From Patescibacteria group bacterium (lineage in GTDB: Bacteria; Patescibacteriota; Microgenomatia; Levybacterales; UBA12049): a stretch of DNA of 62,051 bases. Position 1 is the stretch's first letter. Each line of letters opens with the position of its first letter. The translations under genes were made by a program, and so were the position numbers. Under the pieces are notes generated by a model. The model was not told where the DNA came from and searched no databases. It was given only the letters and a program-made list of their open reading frames with translations. The stretch is from the NCBI GenBank assembly GCA_035946335.1, contig DASYZL010000001.1, positions 1-62,051 of the forward strand, in the 5' to 3' direction. Shown here piece by piece: positions 19,152-28,935 of the stretch.

Positions 19152-20753
19152 TCATTCAGACTGATAAATATACAGAGCGGGCTCTCCATTGTGATAGAAA
19201 ATGGTTTGTAATTTTGTAAGTGTTTTTTGATCCTGCTGTTGTGCAGTGATTAGAATAGCCTTTGCCGCTTTTCCGCATGCTCCAAAGTAAACGTGCTGTA
19301 TGTTAAAACATTTCTTTGTAGTTAACCATGATCCACCCTGTGCCTGATACCACTGAGGATCGATCTTGTTGTAAAATAAATAGAAAATATATCCCTGCTC
19401 TATTGAGTTATCCATAAAAACGGTCTTATTGTTTTTATTTATTTGATAGGCTTCCTGAACAGCTTGTTCATATCCATATTGCCAATCTGGTCCATCGTCC
19501 GTGTTTATATGCACAAAATACATATTACAGTAGTAGGCAAAATTGATGAAAAGCAAAACTCCTGCAAGGTTGAAAACAAAAATACGCTTAAAGTTTTCCA
19601 ATGATATTATTGATACCCATCCGATTGCTTCGAAAATTTGCCAAACTGGTAGAAAGACGAGTGTTCTGAGTGCGTGTGGTGAGCCGATAACCAGGGCGGA
19701 AGGAATCGGGGAGATCAAAAACCAGTATAAAATAATCCAAGCTTTCTTGAGATACTTTTCCAAAAAAATAAATATTCCTATCAGAAGAAACGGCAATGAT
19801 ACAAGATATAAATCACCCATACCAGGCGCATGATGACGGGCCAAGTCTCCTGTGATAAAGAGCCAATTCGGGTCGAAATGGGTTAGGTAATTTTGCAAAA
19901 AAACTCCTGCGTACACAACGCGCCTGTTTTCTAAAATCTGCCCGAAGATATCTCCATTTACCTTATCTTGCTGGAGTTCCTGAACTGAATGCTGTAATAG
20001 AGTGGTTTGTTGCGAAGTAAATGTAAGGCTTACCCCACGAGCTGTCGCATTTCCGCTGAAAAGCCAGAGAGCGTTGCTTGCAAGAAAAAATACGATTACT
20101 AGTGCAATAAAATGCTTGTGTTGCAACGCATATTTTCTTTGCCATATCAGAAAACCTAAAAGCAGTAACGGAACAAATATTTTTTCAGTTTGATACGTAT
20201 AGATACTGAGCAAAAAAGAAACAATTCCAAGGAGAAGAATCATTTTTTTATTCCTGTTAACACCCTTTACCAGCAGCCAGCCTCCGGTAGTTACAAAAAA
20301 GAGGGAAACATTCGCCTCAAACGCACCTCGGGAAAATTGAATAGACCAAGGAGAAATTGCAAAAAAAAGCATTGAAAAGAACGCGAGAAGCAGAGCATGT
20401 TTTTCTTTTTTGAAAAGCTCCCAAACAAATGAAAATACTGCAAGTATTGTCAGCGAGCCAAAAAACGCAGACGGAAAGCGTACAGCAAATTGTGTCAGAC
20501 CGAACACTTTTATTGACGGGACAGTCAGGTATATATACAATGGCGCTTTGTAATCACCGAATGACCGGAATGTCGCCGGCATAACATAACCATATTCATC
20601 TCTTCCTGTCAGAAGAATTGCATAGGCATTGTAACCCAGGGCTGCCTCATCCCAATCCAAAGAATTAGGAATACTATCAAGATTGTAAAAACGCAGGAAA
20701 ACACCAAAAAGAAAAACAAGAAAAAATCCAATGATACACAGTAATTTTTTCAT
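19152..20753 (-). CDS. GT39/PMT-like membrane glycosyltransferase, family A copy 1
   Basis: 'LDWDEAALGYNAYAILLTGRDEYGYVMPATFRSFGDYKAPLYIYLTVPSIKVFGLTQFAVRFPSAFFG'. The start is moved to Met6 (MKKLLCII), which abuts the upstream stop at 20755. Confidence 0.75.
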   Translation of the reverse strand: MKKLLCIIGFFLVFLFGVFLRFYNLDSIPNSLDWDEAALGYNAYAILLTGRDEYGYVMPATFRSFGDYKAPLYIYLTVPSIKVFGLTQFAVRFPSAFFGSLTILAVFSFVWELFKKEKHALLLAFFSMLFFAISPWSIQFSRGAFEANVSLFFVTTGGWLLVKGVNRNKKMILLLGIVSFLLSIYTYQTEKIFVPLLLLGFLIWQRKYALQHKHFIALVIVFFLASNALWLFSGNATARGVSLTFTSQQTTLLQHSVQELQQDKVNGDIFGQILENRRVVYAGVFLQNYLTHFDPNWLFITGDLARHHAPGMGDLYLVSLPFLLIGIFIFLEKYLKKAWIILYWFLISPIPSALVIGSPHALRTLVFLPVWQIFEAIGWVSIISLENFKRIFVFNLAGVLLFINFAYYCNMYFVHINTDDGPDWQYGYEQAVQEAYQINKNNKTVFMDNSIEQGYIFYLFYNKIDPQWYQAQGGSWLTTKKCFNIQHVYFGACGKAAKAILITAQQQDQKTLTKLQTIFYHNGEPALYIYQSE

Positions 20754-20754
20754 A

Positions 20755-22395
20755 TTATCTTGTTGCAAGAATAAAATCAGGCTTGCCGTTCAAAAAATCT
20801 ATTGATTGTATTATGTGGAAATTTAAAGGAATTTCTCCTGGTGCACCAACATACAAAACCTTTTTACCCACATCTGTTGACTCAATCAGTTGTGAGCGGA
20901 ATTGATACTTACCCACTGCAGTTACATTATAAAATCCAAAGACATCATGTGTTATCGAACCTATATTCCAATATGTTTGGGAAGGAATATTCCCAAACCA
21001 TAACAAGTAAATATATGGCCTACCGTAGTATGAAGTAAATGAAATGACATCGTACTGATTTTGCAGTTTTTGTGTTGCTATTATCGCCTGCTGGTATCCA
21101 TATTGCCAGTCATAAGAATATAATTTCGGAAAATTCACGAAATAATTATTAAGAAATGCTGCAACAGAAACAACAACGATTACAATTCCACCAATCCAGG
21201 TAAAACGAAGTATTTGTTTTCTTGCAGAAAGAAGTTGTGAAAGATACCATATTCCGTATGCTCCCATCATTTCATAAGTAGGAATATATGGTTCTCCACG
21301 GAGCGCATGGGGTGTTTCTTTTGCCGTAGCAGCTGCAACTGGCGCTAAAATAAACCAACCAAATAGCAATATAGTTGTTTTATTTTTATTTTTTGCGATC
21401 GCAAATGCACCAAATAAAATCAGCGGCAACTCAAAGAGAAATAACTCACCGCTATCTTGCATGGAAAACCGCGGATTGATATCGCCGGTAAAGAAAAGAA
21501 AATTTGGATTGAAAAAATCAAAGTAATGCCTCAGATATAATAGCGAAAAAATGACCCGTCTGTTGTGAATTATCTTTGCAAGAGTACTGTTATTTTCTTC
21601 CTGTATCCACGCATTTGACTCATGTACAACATCCTCTGCTGAGTAGGTAAAAATGCTCACCTCATTAAAACGCAGTTTACTCTCCGGAGTTCTGAGAAAC
21701 TGGATAAATGGCACGAGCAAAACCAACCCTACAATACAGGAAGCAATAATAGGAATTACTTTTTCTTTTTTCAAAAAATCTTTCCAATATAAGATTGTTA
21801 ATAAGATAATAAGTAACGGAATAAAAATCCGTTGCGCATTAAACGCATAAATTCCTATGGTAAAGGAAATACTGCTCGCAACTAATATCCATGGATTTTT
21901 TCGTTTTGCAAGTAAAAAAAGATAAACACCAAGAACAGTAAAAAATGTTGCAATGTTTCCTTCGTATGCAGCACGACTCAATTGAATATGCCAAGGGGAA
22001 ATTGCTAATAGAAAGGGTGCAGCAAGTGAAATAAGTGCATTCTTCCTCTCCCAAAACAATTCTCTTGCTAGAAAGTAAACAAATAATACCGTCAGCGTTC
22101 CGAAAAGTGCAGAAGGAAAACGAACCGCAAACGTATTTTTACCAAAAATCCTAATTGATGGAACAGTTAAGTAAATATTGACAGGTGCTTTGTAGTCGCC
22201 AAATGCAATAAATCGTGCAACTGGTAGAAATTCGTGGTGTTCGTCATAACCGCCAGTCGTCAGGAGTGAATATGCATTGTATCCTTGAGACACTTCATCC
22301 CAATATAGACTTTCAGGAACTGAACTGATTCCCCAAAAACGCAACAGAGCTGCAAGAGCAACAATGCCAATAAGCAGCCAATTACTTTTTCTCAT
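20755..22395 (-). CDS. GT39/PMT-like membrane glycosyltransferase, family A copy 2
   Basis: 'LYWDEVSQGYNAYSLLTTGGYDEHHEFLPVARFIAFGDYKAPVNIYLTVPSIRIFGKNTFAVRFPSALFG'. The start is moved to Met22 (MRKSNWLLIG), giving a 14-nt overlap with the upstream gene. Confidence 0.75.
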   Translation of the reverse strand: MRKSNWLLIGIVALAALLRFWGISSVPESLYWDEVSQGYNAYSLLTTGGYDEHHEFLPVARFIAFGDYKAPVNIYLTVPSIRIFGKNTFAVRFPSALFGTLTVLFVYFLARELFWERKNALISLAAPFLLAISPWHIQLSRAAYEGNIATFFTVLGVYLFLLAKRKNPWILVASSISFTIGIYAFNAQRIFIPLLIILLTILYWKDFLKKEKVIPIIASCIVGLVLLVPFIQFLRTPESKLRFNEVSIFTYSAEDVVHESNAWIQEENNSTLAKIIHNRRVIFSLLYLRHYFDFFNPNFLFFTGDINPRFSMQDSGELFLFELPLILFGAFAIAKNKNKTTILLFGWFILAPVAAATAKETPHALRGEPYIPTYEMMGAYGIWYLSQLLSARKQILRFTWIGGIVIVVVSVAAFLNNYFVNFPKLYSYDWQYGYQQAIIATQKLQNQYDVISFTSYYGRPYIYLLWFGNIPSQTYWNIGSITHDVFGFYNVTAVGKYQFRSQLIESTDVGKKVLYVGAPGEIPLNFHIIQSIDFLNGKPDFILATR

Positions 22396-24004
22396 AGATT
22401 CTCCAGAGAACTTGTAGGGGCTCAAGTCTATCCGTAATTGTTTCATCAGGGGCTGCATTGATAGTGCATGTTGAGCGAATCAGATAGAGAGATTTTTTTG
22501 GTAAGAATGCATGCGGATCACCAATTCCTGCAATACAATCAGGAAGAAATGTAACTTTACCGATTTTTCTCACTCCTCCCGTTTGCCAAACCTTTTGAAA
22601 AAGGTTTGGGTCAATTTGATTCCAAAAAACAAACTGAAGGAGGAACTTATCGTCTGAGCCGGAAACATATACATGATCATACATTGCATAGTTTTCCTTT
22701 ATTTCTGTCGCAACAGTTCTGCTACTTGCATTCCAAAACTCATTACCAGCACCGTTAAATTGAAACAAATAGCGATAAAGAAAAAGTCCAATACAAACAA
22801 CATACCCTATAATAATAGTCGCAGTGGTGATTAGAAAAAGTATCTTATTTTTTTTGGATATTTCAAACGCATAAAAAATACCACTCCCAATAATGATAGA
22901 AAAAAATGGCACCATTAGCAGCGCACGGATAATATATGTTGTACCAGAACCAATTGCAGAGGAAAGCGGCGCACAGAAGAGCCCTGCAGCAACGGTGAGG
23001 GCTGTTTGTTTACTTGTTTTTTTTGCAAGAAAAATAATACCAAACAAAAGCAGAGGAAATTCAATGATATAAAGAACACCTTTAAAGAAAATACCGTATG
23101 TATATACTGGACTAATATCACCGGTAATAAACAAATGCTGCATTGAAAATGCTCCTAAGTAGTTATCTATCATGCTACTTGCTAAAATAGTCACTTTATT
23201 AGTGACAATATCTTTCAGCAATGTCGGAGCAGAACTTTTTTCTCGGAAATAATTTACTTGCTTGGTCACTTGTTCAATGTTTTTCGGGTCTTTCCATGCA
23301 AGCACCTCTTCTCTACTGACTCCTTGTGTGATAGTTACCAGAAAAAAAGAAGCAAGAATAGTAAAACAGAGAAAAATGAACAAAAACAATTGCTGTTTCC
23401 TTTGCAGTAATTGTTTATAGTACAAAAAAATAAGGATGGGTACAAAACTAACCAAGAAAACCTTCATAGCGTGATAACTGTAAAACGCAAGGAGAAACGC
23501 TGGAATCGACCAGAGAATTGTCCCTTTCCTCAAACCCTTGAGCAGGAGATATGTCCCCAAAAGGTAAAAAAATACCCCCATGTTACCATCCCATGCACCT
23601 CTATTAATGACAGTGTTCCATGGAGAAAATACCATTACGAACCCGCTCAGACTCGCAATCATTTTATTCTGAAAAAGCAGATCAGCTAGTAAATACACCA
23701 GTATCACCGACCCAATACCAGCAAGAGCAAACGGTAATCGTCCAGTAAATGGCGACAGCCCGAATATACCTACAAAAGGTGCGCCAATATAGACCGGGGT
23801 TGGCGACAAGGAGCTATCTAAGTTAATGGAAAGCGGAAGGAACTTGCCCGAAATATCATGTCCACTAGTTTTCCAAATAGTATATGAACTATAAATATAA
23901 CTTATTTCATCATTGGCGAAGCCATATGAAAGTGAATCCAAGTGCCATAACCGCATAACTGCAGCAAATAAAACTATAATAATAAAACCAATCTGCTTTT
24001 TCAT
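22382..24004 (-). CDS. GT39/PMT-like membrane glycosyltransferase, family A copy 3 (most divergent)
   Basis: 'FANDEISYIYSSYTIWKTSGHDISGKFLPLSINLD...GIFGLSPFTGRLPFALAG' keeps the DE and the FG...R.P..AG frame but lacks 'FGDYK'. Confidence 0.65.
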   Translation of the reverse strand: MKKQIGFIIIVLFAAVMRLWHLDSLSYGFANDEISYIYSSYTIWKTSGHDISGKFLPLSINLDSSLSPTPVYIGAPFVGIFGLSPFTGRLPFALAGIGSVILVYLLADLLFQNKMIASLSGFVMVFSPWNTVINRGAWDGNMGVFFYLLGTYLLLKGLRKGTILWSIPAFLLAFYSYHAMKVFLVSFVPILIFLYYKQLLQRKQQLFLFIFLCFTILASFFLVTITQGVSREEVLAWKDPKNIEQVTKQVNYFREKSSAPTLLKDIVTNKVTILASSMIDNYLGAFSMQHLFITGDISPVYTYGIFFKGVLYIIEFPLLLFGIIFLAKKTSKQTALTVAAGLFCAPLSSAIGSGTTYIIRALLMVPFFSIIIGSGIFYAFEISKKNKILFLITTATIIIGYVVCIGLFLYRYLFQFNGAGNEFWNASSRTVATEIKENYAMYDHVYVSGSDDKFLLQFVFWNQIDPNLFQKVWQTGGVRKIGKVTFLPDCIAGIGDPHAFLPKKSLYLIRSTCTINAAPDETITDRLEPLQVLWRIYEKK

Positions 24005-25623
24005 GGTGTTTTAAAGAAATATTTCATTACCGGTTGTCCGTTTGGAAAGTTAATAGTCATATCCTTCGTGCCTATCCCCCGATAGTCAATATATAAAGTA
24101 TGCGGCCGCAAATGCGCATAGTCAATGTAATCAACGAAATGATATTTACCAAAGCTTTTTACTTCATCAAATGCGGCATAGTTTTTCGGATAATATACAA
24201 CTTCTTTTCGAAAAACTGCAGGATCATACTTTGTGTAAAGCAAGAAAGAAATGTAAGGAAAGTTCTCTGGCCCGAACATCACTACCTGATCGGAAGGATA
24301 TTTTTCTGAAAGTTCAACTGCTTGCTCAAATCCATAGTGAAGATATTGCGCTTTTTGATAGTTAATATGCAGATAATATGCATCAAAAAAATAGAGAATA
24401 TTAATCATATATCCAATAAGAAAGCAAAAAGAAAAGAGCTTAACCCAAGTATTTCTCTGAGCATATGATATGATTCCCTCTGCTCCGATGCTCATAACAA
24501 TAATGAACAAAGGTAGCAGGAGGAAAAGACGCGTAGATGACTGTGAGTCATTGGTGATGGCTGATGGTAGTATACCCAATAGAAACCATAGTACAAATAT
24601 AACTTTATTCTTCTCCTTTACCTGCATAATGCCGATACATCCAAATATCAAAAGTATTGCGTCAAGAAGGTAAAAATTACCAAAGTACCCAAGACTATTC
24701 ACTAATTTTGAACCACCGGTATCAAACAAGAAAGATGGCGAAAGTGCTTCGAGGTAGTTCTCTCCGATTTTATATGGAATTGCGAATGGTTTTGAGTAAA
24801 AAATTCTTCCTAAAATTTTATCATTTGAACCATCTATTCGAAAAACATCCGTAATTTCATGTACTATACCTTTATCATTCCATATTGCAAGACTTGATAT
24901 TTTTCCGGTGCTTGATAAATAAACACTCTTTCCCACTAGAATAATTACCACCAGAAAAATGCAGAGACCAGCATAAAAAAATACATTTTTTGGAAGTTTT
25001 TTCCAATATACGGAGAATAAGATCATGCAAAACAATGGGGTAAATATGACAAACGAATGATACGTAAACATTGTTGCTGAAAGCAGCAGACACGAGACAA
25101 GAAAAAGCAGTTTCTTTTTTACATTCTGAATATAATGCAAAAAAGCTAATAATCCCCCAAGGAAATACATAGTTGCAATATTGACCTCAAATGCCATTCG
25201 GGAAAAATAAATTCCCCAAGGTGATACGGTAAAAAACACTGCAGCAAAAAGTGCAACTCGCTTTTTCTGAAAGAGTTTTAAGACGAGAAAATAGGTAAGA
25301 ATAACTTGTACGACACCTGCTAGAGCACTGGGAAAACGGATTGAAAAATCATTTAAACCAAATATTGCGATTGAAGGAATAGTAACAAGCGGGTAGCCAA
25401 TGAGTTTCCAGTCACCAAATGACTCAAGGCTGATTGGAAAATATTTTCCATGTTCATCATACCCTGTTTTCATTAGGGAGTATGCATTATAACCTAACGC
25501 TTGTTCGTCTATGTTAAGGCTTGCAGGAATTTGTGTAAGTGCAATAAATCGTAAAGCAGCCGCGAAAAGGACAATACATATCAATAACCAATAATTCTCA
25601 AGAAATGTTTGCTTCATAAACAT
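24001..25623 (-). CDS. GT39/PMT-like membrane glycosyltransferase, family A copy 4
   Basis: 'LNIDEQALGYNAYSLMKTGYDEHGKYFPISLESFGDWKLIGYPLVTIPSIAIFGLNDFSIRFPSALAG'. Confidence 0.75.
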   Translation of the reverse strand: MFMKQTFLENYWLLICIVLFAAALRFIALTQIPASLNIDEQALGYNAYSLMKTGYDEHGKYFPISLESFGDWKLIGYPLVTIPSIAIFGLNDFSIRFPSALAGVVQVILTYFLVLKLFQKKRVALFAAVFFTVSPWGIYFSRMAFEVNIATMYFLGGLLAFLHYIQNVKKKLLFLVSCLLLSATMFTYHSFVIFTPLFCMILFSVYWKKLPKNVFFYAGLCIFLVVIILVGKSVYLSSTGKISSLAIWNDKGIVHEITDVFRIDGSNDKILGRIFYSKPFAIPYKIGENYLEALSPSFLFDTGGSKLVNSLGYFGNFYLLDAILLIFGCIGIMQVKEKNKVIFVLWFLLGILPSAITNDSQSSTRLFLLLPLFIIVMSIGAEGIISYAQRNTWVKLFSFCFLIGYMINILYFFDAYYLHINYQKAQYLHYGFEQAVELSEKYPSDQVVMFGPENFPYISFLLYTKYDPAVFRKEVVYYPKNYAAFDEVKSFGKYHFVDYIDYAHLRPHTLYIDYRGIGTKDMTINFPNGQPVMKYFFKTP

Positions 25624-25632
25624 GATATTTGA

Positions 25633-27291
25633 TTAGTATGAAAATGCGATCTCATAAAAAATTGGGTGATGCAGTCTATCGTAGATTATTGTATCGGGCT
25701 TTATTGTAGAAGGAAATTCTTTGGGATTGCTGACCAAAAGGATCTTTTTTCCCTGCATATTTTTGATAAGAGGCAGGTTGTGAACAAAATAAATATTATC
25801 AATTCTATCAACCGAAATCCACCCTCCTTGTTCAATGTGAAATGATTTTGTTGAAGACAATTGGTATTGTTTTGGATTATATTTTGCGTAAACCAAATAA
25901 TAAATATATTGCTTTGTATCATTAAGGTAATCAGATATATAAATACGGTCATAATGAGATCTTTTTTTGCTTATACTAGTCATAAGCTCCTGATATCCAT
26001 ACTGAGAAAAGTACCCATAATAGTCAGGGAAGTATGTTGTGTAGGAAATGAAAAATAACCCTATAGACGCAATATACCAAAATAGAAAGATTGTAATCAG
26101 CGATTTTTTAAAAAATATGCTCTTCATTGAACGGATCCGCTGGGTTAAGGAGTATGCACCAATAGCTTCAACGGTCACGAGAAATGGTATCATCGGAGAA
26201 GATCGCGCATAATGACCGTCTCCTGTCAAGGCATCAGCAACTGGTGCAAAAAGTAAAAGCAAGAATGGAAACATGAGTTGCTTTTCTTTTTTTGTTGTAA
26301 TGATAAAGACAATTCCTAAAATGAACAACGGTAGTTCTATAAGATATGCGAGATTGCGCGGAGGTAACAATGCATATTGCGTTGTTGTCCCATCTATATA
26401 AATATAATAAAGAGAAAAATGATGAAGATAGTTAATAAAAAATTGTGTGGCGAATGAACGCGGTTTTTCCATAATTATTTTACAGAAAAAAACAGGATAC
26501 TCTTTCATACAGCTTCCCCGCTTTGCATTAACTTTGTTAATAATGCCAATACTGTTAACATTTTGAAACATACCCACCTGTGAGAATCGTGTATTTGCAG
26601 TCATATTTCCTAAGAGCAGAAGCGGGGCAACGCATACTATAAATAAACTTGCACTAAACAATATAAGAAGTTTTCTTTGTAAGAATTGTTTTCTATAAAA
26701 TAAAAACGACACAAGAATCACTATAGGAATGAATAATGCATAGGCTGAATACGTGTACATACATAACGAAAGAAATACAATAGCAATCGGTAAAAAGTAT
26801 TTGTTTATCTTCCAACGAATAAGAAAATTTAGGCCGCAAAGAAGCAAGCATACGCCTAACGTTGCTTCAGTATTGATCCTGCTTATACCCACTGCCCATG
26901 GAAGTGTAGCAAGGAGGAAAGATGCAAATAATGCAGCAACATTATTGAATAATTTTTTTACAAAAAGATACACTAGCGGAATTGCAAAAACTCCGGCAAG
27001 AAAAGGAGGTACCCGCACTGCAAATTGTGTAAGACCGAAAAGTGCGACAAATGGCATTAAGATATACGTCGTACTAAATGCAGGCCGATAATCACCAAAC
27101 CCTTTAAGGAAGAGCCCTGGTGGATTACCCCATTGATCATGACCGGTATGCAAAAATGAATATGCATCATAGAGAAAATCTGCTTCATCATTTAAAAGTC
27201 CCGTGGGAATAGCACCAAATTTGTACGCACGCAAAAAAATTCCTAAAGAGATAGCAAGGAGCAATAATAAAATTAGTATATATTTATTCAT
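25633..27291 (-). CDS. GT39/PMT-like membrane glycosyltransferase, family A copy 5
   Basis: 'LLNDEADFLYDAYSFLHTGHDQWGNPPGLFLKGFGDYRPAFSTTYILMPFVALFGLTQFAVRVPPFLAG'. Confidence 0.7.
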   Translation of the reverse strand: MNKYILILLLLLAISLGIFLRAYKFGAIPTGLLNDEADFLYDAYSFLHTGHDQWGNPPGLFLKGFGDYRPAFSTTYILMPFVALFGLTQFAVRVPPFLAGVFAIPLVYLFVKKLFNNVAALFASFLLATLPWAVGISRINTEATLGVCLLLCGLNFLIRWKINKYFLPIAIVFLSLCMYTYSAYALFIPIVILVSFLFYRKQFLQRKLLILFSASLFIVCVAPLLLLGNMTANTRFSQVGMFQNVNSIGIINKVNAKRGSCMKEYPVFFCKIIMEKPRSFATQFFINYLHHFSLYYIYIDGTTTQYALLPPRNLAYLIELPLFILGIVFIITTKKEKQLMFPFLLLLFAPVADALTGDGHYARSSPMIPFLVTVEAIGAYSLTQRIRSMKSIFFKKSLITIFLFWYIASIGLFFISYTTYFPDYYGYFSQYGYQELMTSISKKRSHYDRIYISDYLNDTKQYIYYLVYAKYNPKQYQLSSTKSFHIEQGGWISVDRIDNIYFVHNLPLIKNMQGKKILLVSNPKEFPSTIKPDTIIYDRLHHPIFYEIAFSY

Positions 27292-28934
27292 TGTGCAATT
27301 GCCTCAAACGCAATGCTGCCATCAGGAAAGTATATATTGTGTAATGACTTGACAGTATCAGGGACTTCATGAGGCGAAGCAATAATGAGAGTATTTTTTC
27401 TTCCACGCATTGCGGACCAATCGATTGGTAAAAATTCATATTTACCAATTTTCCGGTACATTCTAATAGCACTCATTCGTTCTGTTGTCTGCCAATAATG
27501 CTGATACCAAGACGGGTTTATTTTGTTAAAGAACAAATAGTAAATATAGGGTTGATCATAATAGTAGGTAACAAGAATATGCTGGTAATTCTTTTCTTGC
27601 AGTTTGGCATATGCAAAAACTTGCTGATATCCGTATTGCCAATATAATGCATTATCCCTTGGTGTGACAACGTAGTATTGATGCAGGTAGTATAAAAAAT
27701 TACAGAAGAGCACTACGCTCGCGAGTATGACAAATCCAAAATAGAGCATTTGCGAAAAATGTTTTTTTAGAAAGAGACTACTTGTAAATACTCCAATTGC
27801 AACAGCAATTTGCATGAAAGGGAGTGAACCGATATCTCTCACTGCATGAGGAGCACCAGTTGCAACAGCAGATGGCACCGGTGCAATAAGGATTAGAAAA
27901 AAAACAAGAAATGATTTTTTATTGCGAAACGTAACCAACGCATAGATTCCGATCAAGAGAAATGGCAAATCCCATAGATATAACATGCCCATACCTATCG
28001 CCTGATGCTGCTGTCCGCTGTCACCTTGGAGGAACAAAAAATCAGGAGAAAAATGTTCAAGGTAATTTTTTGTTAGAGTACTTATCCATACTATTCGTCT
28101 GTTTGCAAGTATTTCTCCTGCTATATCGTGGTATTTTTGCGCTTTTTCCAGTTGTTTTATACTAGAATCGAGTGTCGTTTGATCGGAAAAAATAGTGACA
28201 GTTGCAAACCGTGCATCAGTAGTGGACGAAGATAAAATGAGACTTTGCAGGATAGGAAGACTGCCAAAGAAACAAATCGCAAAGGCAATAAGTACCACTA
28301 TAAACTGCTTTTTCAACTCTTTCCAATACAAAACTCCCAAGGCAATGAATAATAATGGCACTAAAAGACGAAAACTGTGGTATGAGTACAAAACGATTAA
28401 AAATGAAATTGACGAAATAAAATAGTACCATTTATTTTTCAACCCCTGGAAAAAGAAAAAAAGCCCTAATGCAAAAAAGAAAACGCCGATATTGCCTTCA
28501 AATGCGGCCCTACTAAACTGCAATGACCAAGGAGAAATTGCAAAGAAAAAGCTGGTCAGTAAAGCAACAGGATGAAAATGTTTTTTCTTGAAAATATCTT
28601 CTTCTATTTCTTTTGTCAGCAAGAAAACGACAATAATCGTAAATGTTCCAATAACTGCTGACGGTAAGCGTACGGCAAATAATGTTAGCCCAAATAGCGC
28701 AACCGAAGAAGCAGTTAAATACGTATATGCAGGGGGCTTGTAGTCATCAAATGAACGAATAGAAAGAGGAAGAAGATTACCATATTCATCCTTTCCCGTT
28801 GTTAAAATCGAATAGGCATTATATCCTTGTGATGCTTCATCCCAATCAAGGCTCGGTGGATTTATTCCAAGTTGATAAAAGCGCAAGCACATACCGAGCA
28901 GAAGAATACTAACAAGAATTATCTTTTCTTTCAT
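27288..28934 (-). CDS. GT39/PMT-like membrane glycosyltransferase, family A copy 6
   Basis: 'LDWDEASQGYNAYSILTTGKDEYGNLLPLSIRSFDDYKPPAYTYLTASSVALFGLTLFAVRLPSAVIG'. The start is moved to Met8 (MKEKIILV), just after the upstream stop at 28936. Confidence 0.75.
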   Translation of the reverse strand: MKEKIILVSILLLGMCLRFYQLGINPPSLDWDEASQGYNAYSILTTGKDEYGNLLPLSIRSFDDYKPPAYTYLTASSVALFGLTLFAVRLPSAVIGTFTIIVVFLLTKEIEEDIFKKKHFHPVALLTSFFFAISPWSLQFSRAAFEGNIGVFFFALGLFFFFQGLKNKWYYFISSISFLIVLYSYHSFRLLVPLLFIALGVLYWKELKKQFIVVLIAFAICFFGSLPILQSLILSSSTTDARFATVTIFSDQTTLDSSIKQLEKAQKYHDIAGEILANRRIVWISTLTKNYLEHFSPDFLFLQGDSGQQHQAIGMGMLYLWDLPFLLIGIYALVTFRNKKSFLVFFLILIAPVPSAVATGAPHAVRDIGSLPFMQIAVAIGVFTSSLFLKKHFSQMLYFGFVILASVVLFCNFLYYLHQYYVVTPRDNALYWQYGYQQVFAYAKLQEKNYQHILVTYYYDQPYIYYLFFNKINPSWYQHYWQTTERMSAIRMYRKIGKYEFLPIDWSAMRGRKNTLIIASPHEVPDTVKSLHNIYFPDGSIAFEAIAQ

Positions 28935-28935
28935 A

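Noticed and set aside
22382-22395. Similar 14-nt overlap junctions, ATGAGAAAAAGTAA (22382..22395) and ATGAGACAAAATAG (59932..59945), which might mark a duplicated junction.
   Set aside because: The downstream genes belong to different families (A versus C). The similarity is explained by A-rich Met-Arg-Lys/Gln starts overlapping TAA or TAG stops, so it is probably coincidence.
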